IMG/VR virus record: IMGVR_UViG_3300032665_001598
Reading direction: 5' to 3' (one strand)
From: an uncultured virus (IMG/VR IMGVR_UViG_3300032665_001598)
Lineage: Duplodnaviria > Heunggongvirae > Uroviricota > Caudoviricetes
DNA: 64,000 nucleotides
Positions 40,109-48,296 of the stretch are shown here, piece after piece. The notes under the pieces are model-generated. The model did no database searches, had not been told where the DNA came from, and saw only the letters and a program-made list of their open reading frames with translations. The position numbers and the translations under genes are program-made. How positions within the stretch are numbered: the stretch's first letter is position 1; each line of letters begins with the position of its first letter.

Positions 40109-40314
40109 AAATAGTAGAATTACTCAGCAACATACAAGTTGCAATAACAAACGAACAAGCCGATCTACTAGGACGTTTTCAACATGAACCTAGTATTACA
40201 AAGAATAAACTCGATGAACGAGAGCAAGTAATTGCAAATCAATTAACGACGCAGGACATCCTGTTACGTCGAAATGACAATGGTCAAATCACATACACGA
40301 AAAAAATACGCTAA
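40105..40314 (+). CDS. hypothetical protein
   Basis: ATGA-coupled; MKIVELL leader. Confidence 0.7.
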   Translation: MKIVELLSNIQVAITNEQADLLGRFQHEPSITKNKLDEREQVIANQLTTQDILLRRNDNGQITYTKKIR

Positions 40315-40810
40315 CCCAGCGAAGCACGAAATCCGAGCAGTATCTAACGCCGCAACAGACTACATTAAACAGTGGACCACACGTGAGTTAGGTAAAATCC
40401 AACAGGCTCAAACAAGCCCACTATGTATTCCAGTCAACAACGGCTATAAAATTGGGCAATATAGATTAATTACACATCCTAATAAAACCTGCGAAGTATA
40501 CAATCATAACCACGAATTAGTTCACATATTTGAGAACAAAATTAGTGCTATGTTGTATACTGTATATACTATTAAGCGTCGATATCATTCAGCAGATGAA
40601 ATCATCATCCTTGATAGAGAAATAAATAAAAACTATACAGATATGTTATCTTTACGACACATAATTGAAGCGGCACGTAAAAATAAGGACTATTTGCTTG
40701 TAGATTCGCGAGTGGCCAGGTTGGAAATGGCCGAGACTAAGTTAACGATTGCTAGGAACAAAGTATCGCAAATACACCTATATGCAAAGTTAGCCAAAGT
40801 CTGGGATTAG
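40274..40810 (+). CDS. hypothetical protein
   Basis: 178-aa ORF. Confidence 0.7.
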   Translation: MTMVKSHTRKKYANPAKHEIRAVSNAATDYIKQWTTRELGKIQQAQTSPLCIPVNNGYKIGQYRLITHPNKTCEVYNHNHELVHIFENKISAMLYTVYTIKRRYHSADEIIILDREINKNYTDMLSLRHIIEAARKNKDYLLVDSRVARLEMAETKLTIARNKVSQIHLYAKLAKVWD

Positions 40811-40846
40811 ACATAAATACTACATAAAGTTTAGGAATATAAACAA

Positions 40847-41560
40847 ATGAGACTCTCTGAAATGCACACCGCGGTAACACCGCAAAAAATTAATAAAGTT
40901 ATGGAAAGTCGCTTTGGCTTCACAGTCGACTATGATAACTTAACTTATGCTAAAGCCGAACGTTTAAGCCAAGCACTTGCTGAAAACATTACTGCTATTA
41001 AGAAATCTTTTGGCTCGCATACAGCTGAAAAGAATAGTAAGTACATGGAATTAATGTTAGTAAAAGAAGGCCTAGATCGTTGGATGTCAAGCGAACAAGG
41101 TTTATTTGAAAGCGCAATGGGCAAGAGCGAAGCAGTTCTAGCCGCTAAAGATATTGTTGACAGTCTACAAGACATGTTAGAAAAAGTATCTAAAGTACAA
41201 AACGAACAAATCCCTGCACTTGTTGACACAATCCGTGATCAAATTGGTGCAACAGAAGCAGAAGCATTTAAAAGTGCTATTGCTCCGGTATTGACTAGTT
41301 TATATCAAGCACTACAGTCTGGTCGTGAATCAAGCGATACAGCAGTACGTCAATTGGCAGGCGAAGAAGCTCCAGCCGGTGATATGAATTTAGGCGGTGA
41401 CGAAGGCGGCTTTGGTGGTGAAGAACTCGGTGCAGACTTAGGTGGTGCTCCAGAAGGCGACTTAGGCGCTCCTCCTGAATCAGACTTCGATGGCGACGAA
41501 TTTGGCGCTACTGATGCTGCTGCCGGTGGCGAAGAAGAATTAGGCCGCGAGCGTCGTTAA
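40847..41560 (+). CDS. putative head/scaffold-associated protein with acidic Gly-rich tail
   Basis: TAAATA upstream, AGGA RBS, helical body and D/E/G-rich C-terminus. Confidence 0.6.
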   Translation: MRLSEMHTAVTPQKINKVMESRFGFTVDYDNLTYAKAERLSQALAENITAIKKSFGSHTAEKNSKYMELMLVKEGLDRWMSSEQGLFESAMGKSEAVLAAKDIVDSLQDMLEKVSKVQNEQIPALVDTIRDQIGATEAEAFKSAIAPVLTSLYQALQSGRESSDTAVRQLAGEEAPAGDMNLGGDEGGFGGEELGADLGGAPEGDLGAPPESDFDGDEFGATDAAAGGEEELGRERR

Positions 41561-41561
41561 T

Positions 41562-41987
41562 ATGCGTATAAACGAAATCATTCTAGAAGATACCACAGTT
41601 CCAGGTAGCGCAATTGAAGATGAAGCAGAGACTCGTGGAGATTCTGCTTTACTTACTACTCTAGAATGGTTACGTCACGAAGCGCAACAAAGCAATGCAG
41701 TAACACCACGTGTTGCTGTTGATACAGTTATTGAACGTGTTCGTGCCATCCCAGGCAATGAAGCGTTCAATTTTGCTGCTCTTGAAGCTGCAAATGAGCA
41801 CAACGAAACTGTAAAAAGTCTAATTAAAGATATCAAAGACGATGAAAAAACTGGAGCCAAGTATATCTATTTGGCCTTACCAGAAAATACCGTTGATGAT
41901 TCTGATCCACTAGGCGCACAAGATGCGGCTCCAGGCGACCCAGCTAAAGTAGTTAGCTCAATGGCTAAACGAGCTGCCGGCGCTTAA
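41562..41987 (+). CDS. putative virion internal protein
   Basis: MRINEIILE leader; acidic. Confidence 0.6.
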   Translation: MRINEIILEDTTVPGSAIEDEAETRGDSALLTTLEWLRHEAQQSNAVTPRVAVDTVIERVRAIPGNEAFNFAALEAANEHNETVKSLIKDIKDDEKTGAKYIYLALPENTVDDSDPLGAQDAAPGDPAKVVSSMAKRAAGA

Positions 41988-42045
41988 CCAAAAACCAATT
42001 GACTTTTTAAAATAAATACCTTATAATGGTATAAGGAGAATCGTA

Positions 42046-42351
42046 ATGAAAAAAATTATACTTGTTTTATTATTAAGTATCTGTTCCTTAGCGCATGCCG
42101 ACCGGCGGCGCCACGGCGGCGGAGCCTACTACTACCACCCCGGATACGGCTGGGCAGTTCCTGCACTAATTGGTGGTGCTATTGTATATGAAGCAACTCG
42201 TCCTCCGGTTATTATTCAACAGACTCCGGTATATATTCAACAACCTATGCCAGCACCACCGGCATATCCACAGCCAGCTGGCTACCACTGGGAAGCAATA
42301 TTAGATGCCAATTGTAATTGTTACAAAACTGTATTGGTTCCTAACCAATGA
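42046..42351 (+). CDS. secreted or membrane Pro-rich protein
   Basis: Signal peptide ending AHA; TTGACT-N17-TATAAT promoter at 41999-42027; AAGGAG RBS. Confidence 0.75.
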   Translation: MKKIILVLLLSICSLAHADRRRHGGGAYYYHPGYGWAVPALIGGAIVYEATRPPVIIQQTPVYIQQPMPAPPAYPQPAGYHWEAILDANCNCYKTVLVPNQ

Positions 42352-42659
42352 GACGCATTTCTTTTATGCTTATGATGCTGATTGCTGGCACCGGAATGGC
42401 AGCCGGTTTACAACAGTTGATAGACAGCGTTAAAAAACCTCCTGCAACTGCGCCGCAACCTCGACCACTTAGTGCGCCACCACAGGCACCTAAGCCGTTA
42501 CCGACCCCAATACTGGCTCCTAAATCTGCACCACCGACGGCGGTAGCACCCAAGCCTGCTGCACCCGTGCCCACAACAACCAACCCAACAAATTCTAATA
42601 ACCCTACCACAGATAACAACAAAACTTGTAGTCCAACAGATTCAATGTGTAAAAGGTAA
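42348..42659 (+). CDS. secreted Pro/Thr-rich protein
   Basis: Signal-like N-terminus; ATGA coupling. Confidence 0.6.
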   Translation: MRRISFMLMMLIAGTGMAAGLQQLIDSVKKPPATAPQPRPLSAPPQAPKPLPTPILAPKSAPPTAVAPKPAAPVPTTTNPTNSNNPTTDNNKTCSPTDSMCKR

Positions 42660-42661
42660 CT

Positions 42662-42786
42662 ATGGCATATTCAGACAAAGAAATAATATACAATTTATTA
42701 AAGGTGAAGAAAATCGTAAGAAGTGGGATAGCTATCAACCCACTGATGTAGTAAAATCTATATTAGGAGACAAATATGTCCTATAG
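42662..42786 (+). pseudogene. orphan iscU 5' end (MAYSDK) fused to the 3' remnant of a probable HNH homing endonuclease
   Basis: 42662-42679 encode MAYSDK; 42682-42786 encode NNIQFIKGEENRKKWD...VL* in another frame, resembling an HNH C-terminal N.Q.....EN..K element. Confidence 0.55.
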
Positions 42787-43155
42787 TGCAAAGGTCATTG
42801 ACCATTATGAAAATCCCAGAAATGTTGGGAAATTAGAGGAGACAGCGCAAGTTGGGACCGGTGTAGTTGGTGCCCCAGCTTGCGGATGACCGGAGATGTT
42901 ATGCGGTTACAAATAAAGGTAGTAGATGGGATTATTGTAGATGCAAAATTTAAAACTTACGGATGTGGATCTGCCATTGCCAGCTCGAGTCTGGTCACGG
43001 AATGGGTTAAAGGCAAAACGCTCGACTCCGCAATGGAAATTAAAAATTCTGAGATTGCACAAGAGTTGGCGCTCCCGCCTGTTAAAATCCACTGTAGCAT
43101 CTTGGCCGAAGATGCAATCAAAGCGGCTGTAGCGGATTACAGAAGTAAACACTAG
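42776..43155 (+). CDS. iscU: Fe-S scaffold IscU, interrupted by an 8-nt element containing TGA
   Basis: MSYSAKVIDHYENPRNVG...GAPACG* (42776-42889) then GDVMRLQIKV...FKTYGCGSAIAS...LPPVKIHCSILAEDA in the -1 frame. Confidence 0.9.
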
Positions 43156-43165
43156 GGGATAAATT

Positions 43166-43357
43166 ATGACACAAATCAATGTTGATATTGCAGTTCAATC
43201 GTGGTGCCCATTGGAACATACACCATACGAAGGTTTCTGCCTTGGAGATTTTCATAATATTTGGAAACGACCAGCAGAACCGTGTAAACATTCCGACCAA
43301 TGCTCGGAGCTTAAAGCAGTATTAGAATCGTATGATAACGAAAATCGAAGCCATTGA
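43166..43357 (+). CDS. small Cys-containing hypothetical protein
   Basis: GGGG RBS; lies between iscU and iscA. Confidence 0.55.
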   Translation: MTQINVDIAVQSWCPLEHTPYEGFCLGDFHNIWKRPAEPCKHSDQCSELKAVLESYDNENRSH

Positions 43358-43674
43358 TAATAATAACTGAATCTGCAGCTAAAAGAATTTCGGCTAATAT
43401 TACCAAACGTGGCTCGGGCGTAGGTATTCGAGTGGGAGTTAAAACAACCGGTTGCTCTGGGCTCGCTTATGTGTTAGAATATGTAGATGCAGTACTGCCA
43501 GACGATGTATCTATGTTGAATAATAATACTACCGTTATTGTGGATAAGAAAAGCCTACCCATAGTTGATGGCATTACTATAGATTATGTTCAACAGGGAC
43601 TCAATGAAGGATTTGAATTTATCAATTCCAACGAAAAGGATAGATGTGGCTGCGGAGAAAGTTTTAGAATATAA
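43354..43674 (+). CDS. iscA: Fe-S carrier IscA/HesB family
   Basis: GCSGLAY and CGCGESF motifs. Confidence 0.92.
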   Translation: MIIITESAAKRISANITKRGSGVGIRVGVKTTGCSGLAYVLEYVDAVLPDDVSMLNNNTTVIVDKKSLPIVDGITIDYVQQGLNEGFEFINSNEKDRCGCGESFRI

Positions 43675-44756
43675 TGTTGGTATACAGCGATAGTACAATC
43701 ATTGACCTTGAATGGTTGCCTAAATTAAATTTAGGTGATTATACTGTATCGCACAGTTTTGAAGAATACAGAGATACCACTGCTGACACAAAGATTGCAT
43801 TTACTATGCACCGCCTGCATTGCGACCACGATATCAATTGCGCTGCATACCAGGGCTTTGAAGATAAAATAAACAAACTTAGTAATATTAGTAATCTTGT
43901 TTTTTCTTTTGAAAGTGAGTTACATAATTTCCACTGGACGATATGGGATAAATGCCACTACGATAACGTCTACTGGATTGTACCCGGGCAAGTAAACACA
44001 GAAATGAATGATCGTCTTATATTCTGGGGCGATTGGTTCAAAACAACTACGTCACTGTACAAGCAATTACCATTGCAATTGGCAGAAATTACGTATGGTG
44101 TTAGTAAACCTAAAATGTTTGATGCCCTATTAGGCAGTCCCAAGCCACATAGGGATTTTGTGTATGATGCAGTACAAACAAACAGCCTGCAAGATAAGTT
44201 TATACTAACCTACGGTGGTAAATGGAACGATGAAGAGTTTTACGCAAAAGATTATTTTATCTGGGAACCCGGTGTTGAAGTTATAGGTGAACAACAACCC
44301 GGTACAGCCGGCCCAGTAAAGTATTATGGGGTGCATACTGGATTGAGTCGTGTGATTCCTGTGAGTGTTTTTAATGATACAGCGTACAGTATTGTTGCAG
44401 AAACTGACCACGATAATACATTAAGTTTCTACAGTGAAAAAACAGCCAAACCAATGATTGCCCGCAGATTGTTTATTGCATTTACTGGATACAAGTTCTT
44501 ATATAATTTAAAAGCACAAGGCTTTAAAACTTTTGATTGTGTAATTGATGAAAGTTACGACTTAATCGAGGATGCTGTAGAACGATACACACAAGCATTT
44601 GAACAAGTAAAGAAATTATGTTCAATGGATCAACTTGAAGTGTACAACACTATACAACCGGTATTAGATTACAACTACAATCATATTATGACAACCGACT
44701 GGACTGCATTTGCTGCCAGTCATATTGATCGAGTAATTAATTCAGCCCAGGCTTGA
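43674..44756 (+). CDS. hypothetical protein (glycosyltransferase-like C-terminus)
   Basis: SIVAET...SEKTAKP...GFKTFD..IDESYD. Confidence 0.65.
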   Translation: MLVYSDSTIIDLEWLPKLNLGDYTVSHSFEEYRDTTADTKIAFTMHRLHCDHDINCAAYQGFEDKINKLSNISNLVFSFESELHNFHWTIWDKCHYDNVYWIVPGQVNTEMNDRLIFWGDWFKTTTSLYKQLPLQLAEITYGVSKPKMFDALLGSPKPHRDFVYDAVQTNSLQDKFILTYGGKWNDEEFYAKDYFIWEPGVEVIGEQQPGTAGPVKYYGVHTGLSRVIPVSVFNDTAYSIVAETDHDNTLSFYSEKTAKPMIARRLFIAFTGYKFLYNLKAQGFKTFDCVIDESYDLIEDAVERYTQAFEQVKKLCSMDQLEVYNTIQPVLDYNYNHIMTTDWTAFAASHIDRVINSAQA

Positions 44757-45457
44757 TGTGCTGCAGGGCCGGGATGAAATCCATCTGCTTCAAAACTGTT
44801 TAGTTCTTTAGCAACATCGTAGATACATTTACGCTTATTATCTGCAAAAATCCATTGGTCAAAATCTATTTCATTGATAAGATACTGCACTTCGGGAATA
44901 TCCGACAAACCAAAGTCGCCGTTGGGACTTATATGTTTACCTTCAGTCCAGTAGTTTATATAACTCATAAACTTAAATGGTATACCTTTTGCCTTGAGAT
45001 AGTTTTGTAGTTTTATAATTTCCATTAGATTAATAGTTGCCAGACTTAGATCACTACTAACCTTATACATTTCGTAAAACATCTTATGTGCTACAGGATG
45101 CTTGAACCAAGTACCAAGTTGGCCGCCACTAAAGATCCAACCTAGTTTATCTCCGGGGATTCTACGATAAAACCCATAACTATCGAACAAGTTATTCCAT
45201 GCAGGATCTTCTATGCTAGTTAAATAATCTAACCGGGTTACACCAGACCACATGACAAGTACTTGGTCATATTGATTTAATAATGTTTCTCTTATTACAC
45301 TATCGCAAATATATTGATTACCTGCGGCTGCTTCTGCAATGCTAGTTAATTGATTATTTGGTAAAAGTTTTTGTAAGTAAACAGGCCAGCATATATTTGG
45401 ACCTCCTGGGTATTCGGGCCATTGAGTAAAGCTACAGCCACTTATTAGAGTTTTCAT
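44720..45457 (-). CDS. SGNH-hydrolase-like protein
   Basis: ISGCSF, AAAGN, DGFHP. Confidence 0.65.
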   Translation of the reverse strand: MKTLISGCSFTQWPEYPGGPNICWPVYLQKLLPNNQLTSIAEAAAGNQYICDSVIRETLLNQYDQVLVMWSGVTRLDYLTSIEDPAWNNLFDSYGFYRRIPGDKLGWIFSGGQLGTWFKHPVAHKMFYEMYKVSSDLSLATINLMEIIKLQNYLKAKGIPFKFMSYINYWTEGKHISPNGDFGLSDIPEVQYLINEIDFDQWIFADNKRKCIYDVAKELNSFEADGFHPGPAAHQAWAELITRSI

Positions 45458-45504
45458 CAAAATATTTATTGATTATTGTCATTAGAGATGCTATAATTAC
45501 TACT

Positions 45505-46215
45505 ATGATTACCCAAAAATTTAACTACGCAGCAATTAGTCGCACCACAATCGAAGGTAAACGCCATTATGCTTTACCCGGCGGAGACAAAGTACCTAGC
45601 GTCACTACTATCCTAGACAGAACCAAATCAGAAGAATCTAAAGCCGCATTGGCTAACTGGCGTAAGAATGTTGGCGAGGTTAGAGCACAGCAGATTACTA
45701 CAGAAGCCGCTAATCGTGGAACACGTATGCATGCCTACTTAGAATCTTACGCACTTAGCGATGACATGAAACCTTTGCCCGCTAACCCCTTTGCCCACCC
45801 AAGTTGGTTTATGGCCGCTGAAGTTATTATGAAGGGCCTGGTAAATGTTGATGAGTTCTGGGGAGTTGAGGTACCTGTTTATTATAGTGGGTTATATGCT
45901 GGCACAACAGATTGTGTTGGTGTATGGAAAGGCAAACCTGCTATCATCGACTTTAAACAAAGCAACAAGGTTAAGAAGCGTGAATACATCAGTGACTACT
46001 TTATTCAATTGGCTGCATACGCTCAAGCACACAATGTTACACACGGTACTGACATTGATTGCGGTGTCATTATGATGGCTGTACAACCCAAGGAACTAGA
46101 AGATGGTACCTTTACCACACCAGAATACTTAGAATTTGTTGTTGAAGGTGACGAGTTTAAGTACTGGACCGACGAGTGGACTAAAAAAGTAGAACTATAT
46201 TATTTGAGCAATTAA
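45505..46215 (+). CDS. PD-(D/E)XK exonuclease
   Basis: PSVTTIL, RGTRMH, E...YAGTTD, IIDFKQS, QLAAY. Confidence 0.85.
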   Translation: MITQKFNYAAISRTTIEGKRHYALPGGDKVPSVTTILDRTKSEESKAALANWRKNVGEVRAQQITTEAANRGTRMHAYLESYALSDDMKPLPANPFAHPSWFMAAEVIMKGLVNVDEFWGVEVPVYYSGLYAGTTDCVGVWKGKPAIIDFKQSNKVKKREYISDYFIQLAAYAQAHNVTHGTDIDCGVIMMAVQPKELEDGTFTTPEYLEFVVEGDEFKYWTDEWTKKVELYYLSN

Positions 46216-47201
46216 TGAACAAAATTAAAATAGAACATTTAGATATACCTATTATTAGAAGTTGCAACTTAGCCTGCGCCGGTTGTATGACACACAGTAA
46301 TCATAAAAATATCAAGGGTATAGTTAGGATTGATGAAAGTATAGACTGGCTAGAGTTTTGGTCTACAAAATTACAACCTAATGCAATTACTTTGTTTGGC
46401 GGTGAACCGCTACTGCATCCCGAGTTTACAGAATGGGCACAGGCAATTCGCCGTATATGGGGACCTACTGTTCCGGTTAGTTTAAATACCAATGGCTATT
46501 ACCTAGACACGCTACTTGATCATATTCCTTTGTTATTTTCTGACAGTAATCCCAATGACATTGCAATGAGCATGGTAGTTAGTTATCAAACAGCAACTGA
46601 GCCATACCTAAGTAAAGTTATAAACAGCTTTGAAAATCTTAAACAGAAAGTGTTAGAATATCATTTAAGTTTACCGGGTGTAACTTCTGCGGTATGGAAC
46701 CTATGGCTAGATGAAAAAGATATAAACACCAAGCAATGGTTTAACTTAGTAGTTAATGGACGTAGCACACGTATTGGATTTACTACTTGCGAACAGCATA
46801 AACTACACTGGTGCAAGCATTACGAAGGATACGCCGAAGAAATGCATCCTGTATATGATTATAATGACACGTGGTATGAAAGCAATTTTAAAAGTTGCCA
46901 GACCAATGATTTTATCACTTTGTACCGTGGAAAAATGTGGAAGTGTCCTCCAATGGGAGTATTAGAGCATACACTGAATACGTTTAACATACAGGATCGC
47001 GCAGACTGGGCACCATATCTTAACGAATATAAAACAGTGGGTCCTGACAGTACCGATGAAGAAATACAGTCCTGGTTTGCTAGAACACTAACTCCTGAAA
47101 AAGTGTGCAATATGTGTGGATTTAACGGGCCCAACGGCGGATCAATTACCGGCGAGGATCGCAGTCACATTTTGAAAAATTACTGGAAATACACTTTGTA
47201 A
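46215..47201 (+). CDS. radical SAM protein
   Basis: CNLACAGC, GGEPLLHP, NTNG, C-terminal CxxC. Confidence 0.88.
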   Translation: MNKIKIEHLDIPIIRSCNLACAGCMTHSNHKNIKGIVRIDESIDWLEFWSTKLQPNAITLFGGEPLLHPEFTEWAQAIRRIWGPTVPVSLNTNGYYLDTLLDHIPLLFSDSNPNDIAMSMVVSYQTATEPYLSKVINSFENLKQKVLEYHLSLPGVTSAVWNLWLDEKDINTKQWFNLVVNGRSTRIGFTTCEQHKLHWCKHYEGYAEEMHPVYDYNDTWYESNFKSCQTNDFITLYRGKMWKCPPMGVLEHTLNTFNIQDRADWAPYLNEYKTVGPDSTDEEIQSWFARTLTPEKVCNMCGFNGPNGGSITGEDRSHILKNYWKYTL

Positions 47202-47237
47202 AATGCTAAATACAGTATAAATTAGGATTCGAGTTAA

Positions 47238-47825
47238 ATGGCAATTTTACAAATTTCACAAATACAAGTTCGACGTGGTTTAAAACAGGACTTACCACAG
47301 TTAGCATCCGGTGAATTAGCTTGGAGCAATGATACAAGACAATTATACATTGGTAACGGCACACTGGCTGAAGGAGCACCCGCAGTAGGCTCAACTGAAA
47401 TTTTAACTCAGTTTAGTATTATTAATTTTACTAATACCCTTACTGCCAACGTAACAGCCTTACAGAGTAATGTTACAGTTTTACAGGGAAACATTACTAC
47501 TATCAACTCGCAAATTTCTGCATTGCAATCGGGTGTAACTAGCACTGGTGTTGCTCTCAATGCAAGTACATCCGGTAATATTGCAGGCATCTCTGCTAAC
47601 AATGCAGTGATTACTTATACATTAACCCAAGGTACAAAACATCGCACAGGCGATATTGTTGTTGCTTACAATGCCGCAGGATCTACAGTTTCGTACTACG
47701 AAGATTATACAGAAACGTCAACAACAGATTTAACATTTAGCATGACCGCAAACAGCTCAATGGCATCACTAAACTATATTACAACTACAGCAACATCTTT
47801 AGAATATATTATTAAATCACAATAA
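47238..47825 (+). CDS. tail-associated protein with Mtd-N/hyaluronidase-N-like domain
   Basis: IQVRRG...LASGELAW..DTRQLYIGNG followed by a coiled coil. Confidence 0.65.
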   Translation: MAILQISQIQVRRGLKQDLPQLASGELAWSNDTRQLYIGNGTLAEGAPAVGSTEILTQFSIINFTNTLTANVTALQSNVTVLQGNITTINSQISALQSGVTSTGVALNASTSGNIAGISANNAVITYTLTQGTKHRTGDIVVAYNAAGSTVSYYEDYTETSTTDLTFSMTANSSMASLNYITTTATSLEYIIKSQ

Positions 47826-47831
47826 CCATTT

Positions 47832-48287
47832 ATGTTTCAAAAAAAGCCAGAGGACCGTCTGAGATCCTGGCGTGAGTTTCGATCTGTGTTAGATCAACTA
47901 CCGTTAGAACAAGCACTTGCCCAAACCGTGGAGTTTTGGGCCCGTGCACCATTCGTTCCTTATAATCTAGACTATCGCAATCAAGAAAATTGGCCAGATC
48001 CCTGGACATTAATTGATGAAAATAGTTATTGTGATATTGCAAAATGTCTCGGGATAGTTTATACTATTACATTAAGTAAGCATAGAAAAGACTTGGATAT
48101 AGAATTTCGTGTTTATAAAGATCCAGATTCTGGATACGAGTATAATTTAGCTTGGATCAACCGGGGGAAATATATACTTAATATGGTCGACGGAGAGATC
48201 GTAAATAACAAACAGTTCAATAAAACGCTGAAGTTAAAACACAAGTACACAGCAGTAGATTTAAAAATAGATTACTATAACAATTAA
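47832..48287 (+). CDS. hypothetical protein
   Basis: 151-aa ORF; WPDPWTLI. Confidence 0.75.
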   Translation: MFQKKPEDRLRSWREFRSVLDQLPLEQALAQTVEFWARAPFVPYNLDYRNQENWPDPWTLIDENSYCDIAKCLGIVYTITLSKHRKDLDIEFRVYKDPDSGYEYNLAWINRGKYILNMVDGEIVNNKQFNKTLKLKHKYTAVDLKIDYYNN

Positions 48288-48296
48288 GAGATATCA

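Noticed and set aside
42887..42889. TGA in iscU as selenocysteine, or as a sign of genome-wide stop-codon reassignment
   Set aside because: Readthrough stays in a frame that stops at TAA nine codons later and does not encode IscU. TAA, TAG and TGA all end full-length genes elsewhere in the window.
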